From: Marsupella aquatica
Taxonomy: Eukaryota > Plantae > Marchantiophyta
DNA: 64,000 nt
Reading direction: 5' to 3'
Assembly: GCA_973895155.1 (NCBI GenBank)
Contig: OZ316892.1
Span: forward strand, 29,518,932 to 29,582,931
The position numbers and the translations under genes are program-made. Shown here one piece after another: positions 51,363 through 63,098 of this stretch. How positions within the stretch are numbered: the first letter of the stretch is position 1; each line of letters starts with the position of its first letter. The notes under the pieces were generated by a model. It saw only the letters and a list, made by a program, of their open reading frames with translations. It made no database searches and was not told where the DNA came from.

Positions 51363-53944
51363 TTCTTCTTTACCGTGAGCTCCAGTAGTAGTACTGCTTC
51401 CTCCACCACACGCCGCACCGGTGATGGTATTGGTGTCACGTGCTCTTCCTCCTGCTCCTCTCTCTGCCCCTGAAACCTCCGCGGTGATCCTCATGCTTCA
51501 AGTTCCACGTCTTCGAAAAACTTCTCCGAATCACTCATATGAGAAAGTCACAAAAAATGTTATTTTTCACAACTTCTCAAAAAACTCGAAACTCAACACC
51601 GCCGCGTAGCCCACAAAGCTAGGAGTCCAATACTGAAAACCGAAATCAAAATTGAAATTTGACGGAAAAGTTATTCAAATTTCGGTCGAGGTGGGTAAAA
51701 CCTTGGAAAACTCCCCCGTTTTGACCACCTCAGGGAATAACCGAAATACCAAGTACAACCCGTTGTCGGAATTGCGATGTGATTGGTGCGCTGCATTGCC
51801 AACTTCAATGGCTACGACCTCGCCGAAAAATAACCAAAAAAATTACCGTTCGGCGGATGAAATCTTTGTCGGACGGTCAAAAAATAGCTCTCTGGTTTTT
51901 TTGGAATATTCTATGACCCTTGTACAGGCCCTGTGGGAATTTTGGAAGAACAATCGAGGGGCTGACATGTGTCCTCGAACCCCCAAAACCCCCTACCACC
52001 CTTCGTCGTCGAAATCTGGTCGCGCGCGCAGAAAATACACACGGCAGAATGTACCCCTCGACACCAAACGCAAGATATCTCACTCGGGTTTTGACGAAAT
52101 CAAGATCCGATTTCAGATTTGGAAACTAGACTCCGAGGCGATGAAGATCGATATAAGAAGCACCCAAAACGAGGAAAGAACGAGGGAGAAAAAAATTGGT
52201 AAAGATGACAGATTTCTCTCAATTGCCATAGCCAATTTCGAATCAGTTTTTCAAAGAGAAAAAAATGGTACCTTGTCAACAACGAATGTTGATCAATTGC
52301 ACTTGGTGCCGTCACCAAGTCCAACAAGGTAATTGATTTTGCTTAGCCTTCCTCTTTGCATCAAAGAGCCAATCCCGGACTCAAAAACAATCGTCTTGCC
52401 TCAATCTCTCCGTTGAGTCAAAACACTTGACGCTTCTCCCTCCGAGTCGATTGCCAACTTTCTTCACAAAATCCAGAATGACGAAAACTTAGATCTCTCT
52501 GCACCACGAGCTCCGTTCAACGATTTCTTCACACCGTTAGAAAGCTCTTGCCCTGATCTATCCGTTGAGCCCATAAACTCCAAGTTCCATGCGATGGAAC
52601 TCTGGAAAATCCACCAATACTCAACGCTGGAAAAACCGTCATGAAATCCCGTCACGAACACACGTCACCTCCCAAGCATGCTCTGATACCAATTGTTGAG
52701 CATAGACGACGATCGCAACGGCAAGCCCAGGAACCATCCAACGCACAATAGTCGACACAAGAGATACGTGGTTCACCTCCTTGAGGCTACGTCCACGGGA
52801 ACACACAAGAGAGCTTTACTGAACTCTAAGCCCGTCGGCTATACCGAGTCTCCACAGTGTAAGCTCTCCCTATCTCTCAAGTGGCTCCATAACAATGAGC
52901 CTTGGTTCTACCTCTCCAAGCACACATGCCTCTTATGATATAGTGTGCAACTTAGTTGTACCTAACCACATAGTTGTACCTAACCACATAGTTGTACCTA
53001 ATCACGTAGTTGTACCTAACCACATAGTTGTACCTAATCACGTAGTTGTACCTAACCACGTAGTTGTACCAACCCACGTTGTTGTACCAACCACGTCATA
53101 CCTAACCTAGACGTAAGAGTAAATACCCAACAAAAATAATGTACAATGTACTCCTGACATTGGATAAATTTTGTCTTGAAATATTTTATCAAACAACTTA
53201 TAAGTACTTTGTCACTAAAGATGTTCTAATTGACAATACTCCCACTGTTTTTTCTTGACATTTATAAAATCGTCACGGTTTCATACATGGATGACAAATT
53301 TACCAAGGTGACCAGGGGAACTATATACAAAAACTGTGACATTTTTGTAAATTTAAGAAAAACAGGGGCAATATTGTAAATTCAAACATCTTTAGTGGCA
53401 ATGTACTCAAAAGTTGTTTCATCAAATGATTCCATTCTTTGAATTTGTAAAATAGAAGTTCTTTTTTTCTTTCTTTAGTGAAGGTGTTGTCTTCACTCCC
53501 CATTCTGGTGGCTAAGTCATCAACTTTATGGTGTTTGTTCGCAGATTGATTGTCTTTGGCTCGGGGGTTTCACTTCCACAAAAATGGCACATCACGTGTT
53601 ACGAAGAATAGGGCCATTTTATTGGTTCAAAGAGAAGACTTCAAAATTTTCTCAGGAGAACAATAGTCTTTTAAATCCAATTTTGAGACTTATAAGAGAA
53701 GTAGTGTCTTCTTAACCAAATTTTGGAATATTCCAACTTTATAGGGGTTAAAAATATATATCAGATTACATAACTAGTCCACTCTTTTTGTTTGGACGTC
53801 CTTTGGTTTGTGAGTTAGGAAACATCCAAACCTGTGTTAAATCTACGTCAAATTCATGTTGCCCAAGTTTCTTGTGGCCGTGTACACTGCTTGTCCAAAT
53901 CCCCAATGCATGCTGCCCCCCAACCCAATTGTGTTCTGGCACTG

Positions 53945-54240
53945 ACTTTGGGTTTGTTTTCTAGCACCCTTCACTTTTCATCACTCCGGCTTTGTTGATG
54001 TAAGCTTCAACCATGGTACCACCCGCAATGTGAAGGGTGAACTTAAGAGTTTTCACAAATTATAGATAAAAACATTTGAGCTTTAATTAAAGTTTCACTA
54101 TTAGACCAACAATTGCAACTCATGTCCGGGAACCATGGGTTGGCCATAACATATTAAACCAACTGAAGATTGTTTTAGGCAAAGTATCAGGCTTTGCTTG
54201 ACACTTTGTTAGCCAAGCAGTCATGGTTGTTTGGATCGGT
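53945..54240. repeat. Dispersed or duplicated segment similar to 44048-44380
   Basis: Shared GCACCCTTCACTTTT, AAGCTTCAACCATG, TGTGAAGGGTGAACTTAAGA and ATCAGGCTTTGCTTGA. Confidence 0.7.
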
Positions 54241-55699
54241 CCCCATCAATTTCAACTCCGTCAGCTCACCCCTTGCAAGCGAGTCAAGTTTGACACAATA
54301 GTAAGTTCAAAGGGACCCGCACACTTCTCTCCACATCAAACCATTTGAAAAGGAAATTTCTGATTGACCCATCCTTCCAAACCTCAAGATATCCTCCCAT
54401 GCCCCCGCCCCTGCCATGATCCTCTCTCTCTCTCCCCACCAAAATCCACTTACCATCTTGACCAACCTCAAAAAGGACATCTACAAGATCAGCCTAGCTA
54501 GGCCTCACCTGCAAGGCCTTTGCCACCAGCTCTCTGCCACCGATCTCCAAGTCACAAATGCGACAAACCTACCCTCAAAACTAGCAATAGGGCCTCGCAC
54601 CTCCTGCCACTTTGAACTGATGCTCCACTTGGAAGGCTGGATGGGGGTGGGCTATTAGCTTTGCCACAAATTTGTAATGTTGGTGGCTTGGACATAAACA
54701 CATCTCCCGAACGTGGCTGTGGTGGACACATCCATAAGCACCAGTCAGAGGGCTTTTTGTCCAACATGTAGGGAGTAGGGGCTTGCTGAATTTTGAGAGT
54801 TGAAGGAGTGTGGGAGACGTGATAGAGAATACAACTTCTGAAGGTCAATAACTGGAAGGCACTCCAAAGGGACCATGTTGAGGGTTCAAAGGTAGGTCTT
54901 GCATGAAATAATGATGCAGGCTCAGGGGGCTTCAATGCACAGTGCTTGCCATAGAATTGATACCTGCTGTTGAATCATAAACTTAATGCAAACCTGGACC
55001 TAGGGCTAGGTTCAATGGGCTAGGAGTGAGGAGTACAAATATGTGTCATACATGATGTTTAAGCCAAATAAGATTGTAGCTTGTCTAGGGATTGAGGGAT
55101 GTACAAATACTGTTGTAGGGGATATGATTTTCTCTCACACTCCCTCTCAAACTTTAGGGGTACCCCTTGCCGGTGTATAGTAATAGTACAAGCCATTCTC
55201 ATTGGCTCCTAAGTCAAAACTCATACACTTAGGATATTGTGTATACCTTGGCAGATAGTGTATACTTTGGCAGACAGCATATTTGGGCCCCAGGGGGTGT
55301 CAGAGGGAGTGATCGTACTCCTTGCCCCTCGCCCATGCAACCTAGTCCCATCCAATGTCTTATCCTGCAAGACATCCAACTGTCAGGTCACAAATATCAG
55401 AATTTAATATCATTGTCAAACCATTTCTTTCTGCCTTGAAAGCAAAAAGTAGACCCATCCAACAGAGGATAGATGTTTTTCGTTGGAATATGCACCACTG
55501 TGGGGTAGCCCACAAGGGGGGACAATATGCAGGGATCCAAGAGGGGCCCAAACCAAGAGGAAGAGAGGATTGAACAAAGGCCCCAAAGTGGGCTAGTAAG
55601 GGGCTGAGGAGAAACCAAGGCTCCCACCATTACACCCCCACCCACATGTACCCTCCAAACCCCTTGCATGTGGAGGGGGGATTGAAACTGAAACCTCTT

Positions 55700-56051
55700 G
55701 GTTCTAGGCTTATCCCCTGGCCAACCATCCCTCAAGCCATTTCCCACCCATCTCTCCTCTCCTTTACCTTCTCAAACTTCCCGGTCATCATCTTCACCAT
55801 CCAATGTCCCCCTACTCTTGCCGCCTCCATCACACGCGTGCACCTGGCTTTATTGCCCGCCCAAATATTCGCACGAGGTTTTAGGCTCATCCCCTGGTCA
55901 ACCAGCCTTCAAGCTATTTCCCACCCATCTCTCCTCGCCTTTGCCTTCTCAAACTCCTCAGTCATCATTTTCACCATCCCATGTCCCCCTACTCTCGCCG
56001 CCTCCATCACAGGCGTGCACCCGGTTTTATTGCCCACCCAAATATCCGCAC
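55700..56051. repeat. ~177-bp tandem duplication of the ANK gene 3' end plus the SINE head
   Basis: AGGCT(T/C)ATCCCCTGG..AACCA..TCAAGC(C/T)ATTTCCCACCCATC...CCCAAATAT(T/C)CGCAC occurs twice. Confidence 0.85.
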
Positions 56052-58419
56052 CGCCTTGAATCAACCGTCTAACTATCTCCTTGTGTCTCTTGCACACCGC
56101 ACGTAATAGCGGAGTCCATCCCTCGATATTGCTTTTCGCCTCCACATTCGCTCCTCTACTCAGAAAGCACTCCGTAGCAGCAAGATGACCTCTCTCAGCC
56201 GCGCGCATAAGCGGAGTAATGCCGCTTTCGTCGTTCAATCGCCACTGTCCATCAACGAAATCTTGTTGATGGCTCTGCCCCTCAATGTTTGCGCCGTGGT
56301 CCAAGAGCAGCTCAATCATCTCAACTCCGCCGTAGAAAGCTGCTTCCGTCAAACACGTCCAGTCGTCTTTATTACCCGCTTCGATGTATGCCCCTTTCTC
56401 AAGAAGCACTCGTGCCACGGCCACTTTTTGGGCCCATGCGGCTTTGCAGAGCGGCGTGTAACCACACTTATCGGGGATGTTGGGATCTGCACCGGCGGAA
56501 AGTAGAAGGGACGCTATTTCGTCGAATCCGTTCCAGGCCGCTATTTCGAGTGGAGTCCAGCCTTCGATCTCTTGGGCGGATGGGTTCGCACCCGCGGCGA
56601 GAAGCTGGGAGACTATGGCGGTATGGCCGGCTTTGGCTGCGACGTAGAGTGGGGTGGCGCGGTTATGGTCTTTAACGTCGATAATTGTGCCGCGAGACAG
56701 GAGGAGGGCGACGACGTCAGAAAATCCGAGATGGCTAGCTTCTGTTAGGGCGCTCCAACCGTCCTTGTTTTTGGCATCGATATCTGCGCCTTTGTCGAGG
56801 ATGAGTTTTGCGTCATCGACAGAGCCGTCTATTGCTGCTCGATGTAGGGGCGTGTAGAAAAGGCAGTCTCTGGCATGGATGTCTGCACCGCTGTTGAGGA
56901 GCAGCCGTGCGATTTCCCAATGGCGTTGCCAAAGAGCCTCACACAGAGAAGTGTGTCCTGTATGCTTCGACTTCGTTTCCATGTTTCCTCCGGCCGCGAT
57001 CATCAGCTTTACCACTTCTATTTGGCAGTAAACGACGCCAAGCAGAAGTGGTGTCCAGCCTTCATTACCAACGCGAGCCTCTTTATCAGCGCCTTGCTGC
57101 AAAAGCAGCTTGACCACTTCTATTTGGCCATTTCGACATGCATTCATCAAGGCTGTGTATTGGTATCCGTTTCGTGCCTCTACGTTTGCTCCCTGTTCGA
57201 GAAGACGGGCCACCGCTCCGGCATTACCAGCCCAGGCTGCGTAGCCAAGAGCTGTATCGTTCTTTTCCGGATTCCTATCCTCGAGGGAGTGGCCAAACCT
57301 TAGCATCCATGATATAACGAAGTCATCTTTTGCGTAGTCCAGAGCAGTCTTCCCTTTGTCATCTTCAACACGTTTATCGGCTCCCGCAGAAAGCAAGAAG
57401 CGAACAAGAGGCTCCCGTAACTGTATCGAAGCACAATGCAATGGCGTTTGGCCATTATCATCATCCGCGTTTAGCCCTGCACCCTTTCGGCGAAGATATT
57501 TTGCCAAGTCAAGATTGCCACAAGATGCTGCAACATGCATGGCTGTCTGACCATGTTCGTTGAGTGAATTAATCATATGCAGGTTCATGCGAAGGAAGCC
57601 TCGAAGGCTCGACACATTCCCTTCCGCTGCTAGCTGATGTATCGATTGAGCTTCCCCGTTACATCTAGTAGACGCTGTTGAAGGTACCTGAGGCTGAGCT
57701 TGACCTGTCGAGCCAGGCTCTGGAGGGACCGAACGAAGCGTAATGAAAGTATTCAGCATCTGCCTCGTCTGCTCATTCTGGGTGATCATTATCGTGGACA
57801 GCAACTGTGTCTGAATCTCTAGATTGTTCGTGAATACACTCCGATTGTCATTCAGCGCATCCATCACCTTCCTCGTCTGCAGATCCAAGCCATTAAAGCG
57901 TTCCGTCTGGTGATCATCCATCAATTTCAGCCGCTCCCTCAATGACACCAAGATCCTCGTATTTAACTGGTCTCGATAAGTCTTCAACCTCGCCGCCGTC
58001 GCATTCAACTCATCCTTACTCCACACCGTCTTCAGTGCTTGACGTATGCTTTTCCACTCCCGATGCTTCCCTCCCTGGCTGACCTTCAACGTCCGCAATC
58101 TCGAAATCAGCTTCTCGGCGATATCATTGCATGCATTGCATAGAGATTCAAGTGCTTTGTCATCCTCATCTAGGTCACTGGATGTGCTGGGTAGTGTCTG
58201 CCTAACGGCGATACTCTGCCTGGCCTGATACAGTGATTGCGAGAGCTTGGCATTTAACATTTGTAGATCGATTGTTACTGCTTCGGTGTCACTGTTTTCG
58301 AGTAACGCTCCTTCCTTGCTTGTGTAGATGTGGTAGCCTACGTCGACAAGCTTGATGGAGAAGTCCACCACTTGGACGACATTGCCAGCCAGGCCGAAGG
58401 CCGTGATGGGGTCGATCAT
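55909..58419 (-). CDS. Intronless fungal-type HeLo-like N-terminal domain + ankyrin repeat protein (836 aa)
   Basis: N-terminus MIDPITAFGLAGNVVQVVDFSIKL...EN...CNDIAEKL...WKSIRQALKTVWSK...RLKTYRDQL matches the pattern of ascomycete STAND N-terminal (HeLo-like) domains; about 16 ANK repeats (GWTPL..A). Confidence 0.85.
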   Translation of the reverse strand: MIDPITAFGLAGNVVQVVDFSIKLVDVGYHIYTSKEGALLENSDTEAVTIDLQMLNAKLSQSLYQARQSIAVRQTLPSTSSDLDEDDKALESLCNACNDIAEKLISRLRTLKVSQGGKHREWKSIRQALKTVWSKDELNATAARLKTYRDQLNTRILVSLRERLKLMDDHQTERFNGLDLQTRKVMDALNDNRSVFTNNLEIQTQLLSTIMITQNEQTRQMLNTFITLRSVPPEPGSTGQAQPQVPSTASTRCNGEAQSIHQLAAEGNVSSLRGFLRMNLHMINSLNEHGQTAMHVAASCGNLDLAKYLRRKGAGLNADDDNGQTPLHCASIQLREPLVRFLLSAGADKRVEDDKGKTALDYAKDDFVISWMLRFGHSLEDRNPEKNDTALGYAAWAGNAGAVARLLEQGANVEARNGYQYTALMNACRNGQIEVVKLLLQQGADKEARVGNEGWTPLLLGVVYCQIEVVKLMIAAGGNMETKSKHTGHTSLCEALWQRHWEIARLLLNSGADIHARDCLFYTPLHRAAIDGSVDDAKLILDKGADIDAKNKDGWSALTEASHLGFSDVVALLLSRGTIIDVKDHNRATPLYVAAKAGHTAIVSQLLAAGANPSAQEIEGWTPLEIAAWNGFDEIASLLLSAGADPNIPDKCGYTPLCKAAWAQKVAVARVLLEKGAYIEAGNKDDWTCLTEAAFYGGVEMIELLLDHGANIEGQSHQQDFVDGQWRLNDESGITPLMRAAERGHLAATECFLSRGANVEAKSNIEGWTPLLRAVCKRHKEIVRRLIQGGADIWVGNKTGCTPVMEAARVGGHGMVKMMTEEFEKAKARRDGWEIA

Positions 58420-58829
58420 GGTGAGAAAGTCGAAATCAATTCAGAAATACTAAAGAAATGAAGATGACCAACTCATCGACTATGGCAATTGATGAGAATT
58501 TAAAGTTACGCGATGAATGTAAGATGAACAAGCATCCACGACTGATTCAACGCAGTTTAATCGATGGAGATGTCGCTCGTTGGGGGCTGAAGCCTAGGAC
58601 GAACGGAGATTTGGAGATTCTTGGCTTCAAGCTGCCGCCTCCCTTCAATAAGGGCAGCAAATTTCATCCGAATGTTCACGACGCTGTCATTCTGGTGATC
58701 GATTCTTCCGGCAATTCAGGCTCGATTGCGACCCTATTTCTGTCACTCATGCGTTCGCTCTCTTGGAAGGGGCCAAACCCGTTCTCTACGCATTAGTCGC
58801 TTTAACAGACCAAGACCCAAGAAGTCCCC

Positions 58830-59660
58830 TCCTGGCCTTCCTGAGCCCAACCTCCCCCCTAAGAACGCTCGGCTTGTCGATAACACTCCTCCTATTGTTT
58901 CGGAGCCTCGAGACTCTGGTGCTCCATATATCCGCCATAGACCTACGCTCCTCACGCAATACACCCATGCCCACTCCCCAACTCGTCACCAATTGACTCT
59001 AGCCTCGGAATTCTTCATCAAGGCAACTCCTGTGTCTTGTTCACCACCCGGCACTTCCATGCGGCCCTAATTGACAGGTCAGCCCCAGAGATCGCCGTCT
59101 TGGGCTGCTCGAATGTAGGCAAGAGCCGTCTGTTGAATGCTGTCTTCGGAGTCCACGGGCTAGCAAGGACGAGCAGCAAGCCAGGGAAGACGAAGCTAAT
59201 GTGCGGCTTTGTCGTGGAGAATAACTCTACGGGGAGAAAAGATGAGAACAGGATCAATGGCGAACTCGTAGTGCTGGATATGCCTGGCGGGGCATGGCAG
59301 TCGAGAGGCTTGGGGTAAATAGATTGTCAATGATCTGGTTGTACGCAATGTGAGCCTGCCTACTCTCCAGTTGGAGCGTTATTTCTCCAGTTGCAGCGTT
59401 AAACCGATTCACTCCTGTTTCCTTGGCCCTCACTTTTTCTTCCTCCAACCCCAGACTCGCCGCGCTTTGGTCCTCAGAGACGAGTCCACGGATGCCGGTT
59501 TGGTCCTCATAGATTCGGCCCACGGCCTCAAGCAATCCGATCGTTTCCTTCTCAACCTTCTCCGTGGGAGTTCAATCCCACATCAAATTCTCCTATTCAA
59601 GGTCGACCGTTTGATCAATCTCGACCTCAAGAATAGACAACAGAAGCGATTGCCAGGATG
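58830..59660 (+). pseudogene. Decayed fungal-type EngB/YihA GTPase, copy B, divergent from the ANK gene
   Basis: QLTLASEFF, PEIAVLGCSNVGKSRLLNA, LARTSSKPGKTKLM, LVVLDMPG, VLIDSAHGLKQSD, IPHQILLFKVDR; frameshifts; intron GTGAG(~59351)...CCAG(~59454). Confidence 0.85.
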
Positions 59661-61116
59661 CTTCTCCTTCCCGCCGGGCTTTGTAAGTCCTCTCAATCAG
59701 GCCCGTGTTAAGGTTCTCACCTACTTTGAACCATTCTGGACCATCCAAAGTTTTCGCATTAGACCCCAGGGTCCCTGGCGTAGCTCGGATGGATTCATGT
59801 AGGGTCTGATGTAACATGAATCATCTAATTGTATCTATTGTCCGGGCCAATCGGAATGTGTCATGTCATCACTTTAGATCTCACAATGTGGCTATACAGT
59901 TTTGAGATATTAGTATGTCAAAATGCAAAGAAGGTAATTTTGGGGGAATGTGCAAAGTAGATACAGTCATGGTGTGTGAGACTACATAGGTTCTGTCTAT
60001 GCCAGAACATTTATGGCCTGTTTGTGGCAGGCATGCCTTTAGCCTTGGCTAATGGGCTTGTGGTGGACCATTACACCTATATGATCTCCCATATGTAGGT
60101 TTGTGATGGACCATTATGCATATATGGTTTCCTACATGTCTCCCAGTATAGGCAGGTTGACATACAGTCGACCTTTATACTCACTAATGGTCCATTCCAG
60201 GACCATTACCCTATACCTTGGTGAGAGGCCATGCGGGAGTGGGCCCTGGGCCACTAGAAGATGTGATTGGTGTAGCATGTGAAGGGTAGAGTGGGTATAC
60301 AATGAGGAAGAACTATGGCCTGATTTTTGTAGAAATGGAAATTCAGTGTCTTTCAAACCATGGACGTAAATTGACAACTGCCTCAGATCAAACTATCTGC
60401 AAACAGATTCCGTTCGACAACATTTTCATTGTTAACGTTTCTTTGAAGCTGAAACTTAGAATCAAATCATCCATCACAAAAATTGTATATGTAACATTTT
60501 GCAGAAACGGTAAGTAGGTGACCAATGTCCGGGTAACTTTTCCAGAACTAGTCAGCTTGATTGCTCGACAGGTTGTCCACTACGGTAGTTCGCAAGATCA
60601 ATCCGATTCTAATCAGACCCACCTGTGGTGGTCATGTGTTGTTAACCCTTCGAGACCTCGAAAAGGTTACAAACTAGAATCACCGCCATCGGTTGTCCAG
60701 AGAAGTTCTTACTGCTTATCGCCCGACTCGTCAAGACTTGGAGCTACCTTGGTGGTCCTCTGCCTATCTACACTTGAATACCTTAGCAACGTTACAATCT
60801 ACAGCACTAGAAAAGTAGGATCACCGAAATCTGTTACCAAGACAAAGGTCTGACTACTTCTCGCCTCACTCTCAAAACTGGTGGACATTGTCGACCTTGG
60901 TGCACGTTGAGAACCTATCATTCAACCTTCTCTAATTGCTGAGTAAGATTATTGAGTGTGGCAGTACTGTTATTTGATCGATTGATTTATCGCGTCAACA
61001 ACAGTAAGGTTTCCCATTTTTCGTGACAGCGTTTTGGAATCAAGAACGCTTCAAGTGGAGAAGAAAATAGGCAGAAGAGAAACATATCTACATAAATTTA
61101 CACGACCAACCACTGT

Positions 61117-63098
61117 CTATTGAGGCTGGGCATTAGGCCAGCTTTTACCCTCCAACCATGCAAAAACCTCTTTGTCGTGACGACCTGTGAGAGTGTGATT
61201 TCCTTGAGCAACTTTCAGCTGGTTGGAAACTGCTTTGGCTAATGGATGGCAAGGAGGTCCTTCATATTCCACGTGCGGACCACCACCTCGTCCGCCGGCT
61301 GGTGGTCCTCGGCCACCTGCTCGTCCTCCACCACGTCCTGCTTGCGGAGGCCCCCGAGGACCCCGAACACCATCAGCTTGCCTTACTTTTAGCTTCTTTG
61401 CCTCGTTCAGTTTCTCCTGCACCATGATTCCAAAGTAAATGAAGGAACTTGCAAGCTAGTGAACATTTGGATGGGAGAGAATTTGATACTCTATGGAGTG
61501 GAATACTTCAAGAGTTTCCACTAGACTGTTGAGCGGAACTAACAGATCCCTCCGGTGCACTGGACTGATCAATACTCCCATTCAAACGTTCTGCGATTGT
61601 AAGGTTACTCTCAATTAATCCTTTTCTTCCAGGCTACTTAGGGAGCAGATCATTGTGGCTAGCTTGGCTTCTTGACTAGATTTCTAATTTAATTTACAGT
61701 TCCCACATCTGGTTGATGCTAGCTTTGCTTTCGTCCCTAACAGTTTCCTTCCCTTGGTTTTTTTGCCTCTTGCCCCCTTTGCTCTCTTAAAGAGTTTCAC
61801 ATCATCTCTACAGAAAGGCTGAGCTAGCTAATACTTGCATACAGAATGGTAAGCGATAAGATTAGTACCTCATCTTGCTGGCGTTGCGAGTCGTCCACTG
61901 TCGGCAAAATTGCTGCTTTCCTAAGATATGGTTCTACATCATCGTTCACGAGATGTTTGTTCAATGAATTGTCCTCAGCAACGATACCATGCTCCACGAA
62001 GAGCGAGTGCAGCTTGGTTGCCTGCTCCTCGTCTAGTTCATCAATAAATTCGGCTAAGAAATGAGGGTCAACGTCAAGAGGCGGAGCTTCCTGAAGGGCA
62101 CACGGAATTCCTTTCGATTTCAAAATCTCAATATCCTCCTTGACCAACGGCATTGTCCTGGCATCCACGGTCATAGCTACAAACATCGTAGGAGGATATT
62201 CCCCAGGAACAGCACTTTCGAAGGCCTCACGACGGCCTGGGCTTATCATGACAACGATCGAGTGAAACGTGACCTACATATCAGCAATCATCCAGTGAGA
62301 AGTGAAATTTGTATGACGTACACACATTATGGTGAATTACCCATCACACTCTGGCAAATATTCCTTGAAACAGCATGTATGGCACTCGAGTCATTCAAAG
62401 AAGCAGCTAAAGAGCCATGAACTGTTGCCTGCTGGCCGTGGAACAATCAATCTGGTTAAACAATAGCTTGGAATATGCCATGCAGACATTCAGTCAACCA
62501 CTTCCGGAGTCAAAGCATGGTGCCACGGTCCTGGGAATGTAACAAGCGTCCGACAAAGAAACCTACGGAACTGCAACCAAGGCAATTGACTATTCAAGTA
62601 GCTATAAAGGGCTCATGAACGTGTGCCGCTTCGCCATGGAACCAAAGTTCGTTTCATAACTAGTAAACCGTTCCCGAAATTCTGTACAGAAGAGAGCGTT
62701 AGACTTACCACAGTTGCCAGAGAGGACATAAAAGTTCCTCCACTAGATGATCCCAAACCGGACAGGGGCAAATCTTGCAATCCATGCTCACTAGTCCACT
62801 CTTTCAATATCTTTTCAAAATTTTCGGAATCCACAGTTGGGAGAGGCCAACTTCGCCATCCGACGTCGACACTTTTGCCAGCAATCACTGCAAATCCCCG
62901 CTCCAGCGCATCTTTGGTCAACACCTTGTGTTCTGGAGTTCCTGTGCATTTTGGAGCATTTGGGTGTGGTGGCCAGAAGCTAAAGGGAGTGCCACCTGCG
63001 CTGTGGGCGATGAAAAGAACTGCCTTCGGCTTGGGAGGAATCTGCCACACCACATCAACGCCTTCCCGAACCTCGTGCATAGGGTTGAATTCTACCAT
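61117..63098 (-). CDS. Conserved plant alpha/beta-hydrolase-fold protein with RGG-rich insert; exons 63098-62709, 62273-61869, 61455-61117 (377 aa)
   Basis: VVWQIPPKPKAVLFIAH, nucleophile elbow GSSSGG, YPPTMFVAM.VD, C-terminal GNHTLT; phase-0 GT-AG introns. Confidence 0.8.

Larger units (their letters stand above)
47590..53132 (-). mobile_element. Ty1/copia LTR retrotransposon, non-autonomous (RT deleted), 5543 bp
   Basis: 439-bp LTRs TG..CA at 47590-48028 and 52694-53132; TSD AAAAT; PBS TGGTATCAGAGC at 52680-52691; PPT beside 48028; domain order gag-PR-INT-RNaseH. Confidence 0.97.

Noticed and set aside
51652-52332. 226-aa antisense ORF in the copia 5' leader
   Set aside because: No recognisable domain, no ATG start, lies in the UTR; likely chance.
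60637-61003. Possible solo LTR (TGTTGTT...AACAACA)
   Set aside because: No matching target-site duplication found.
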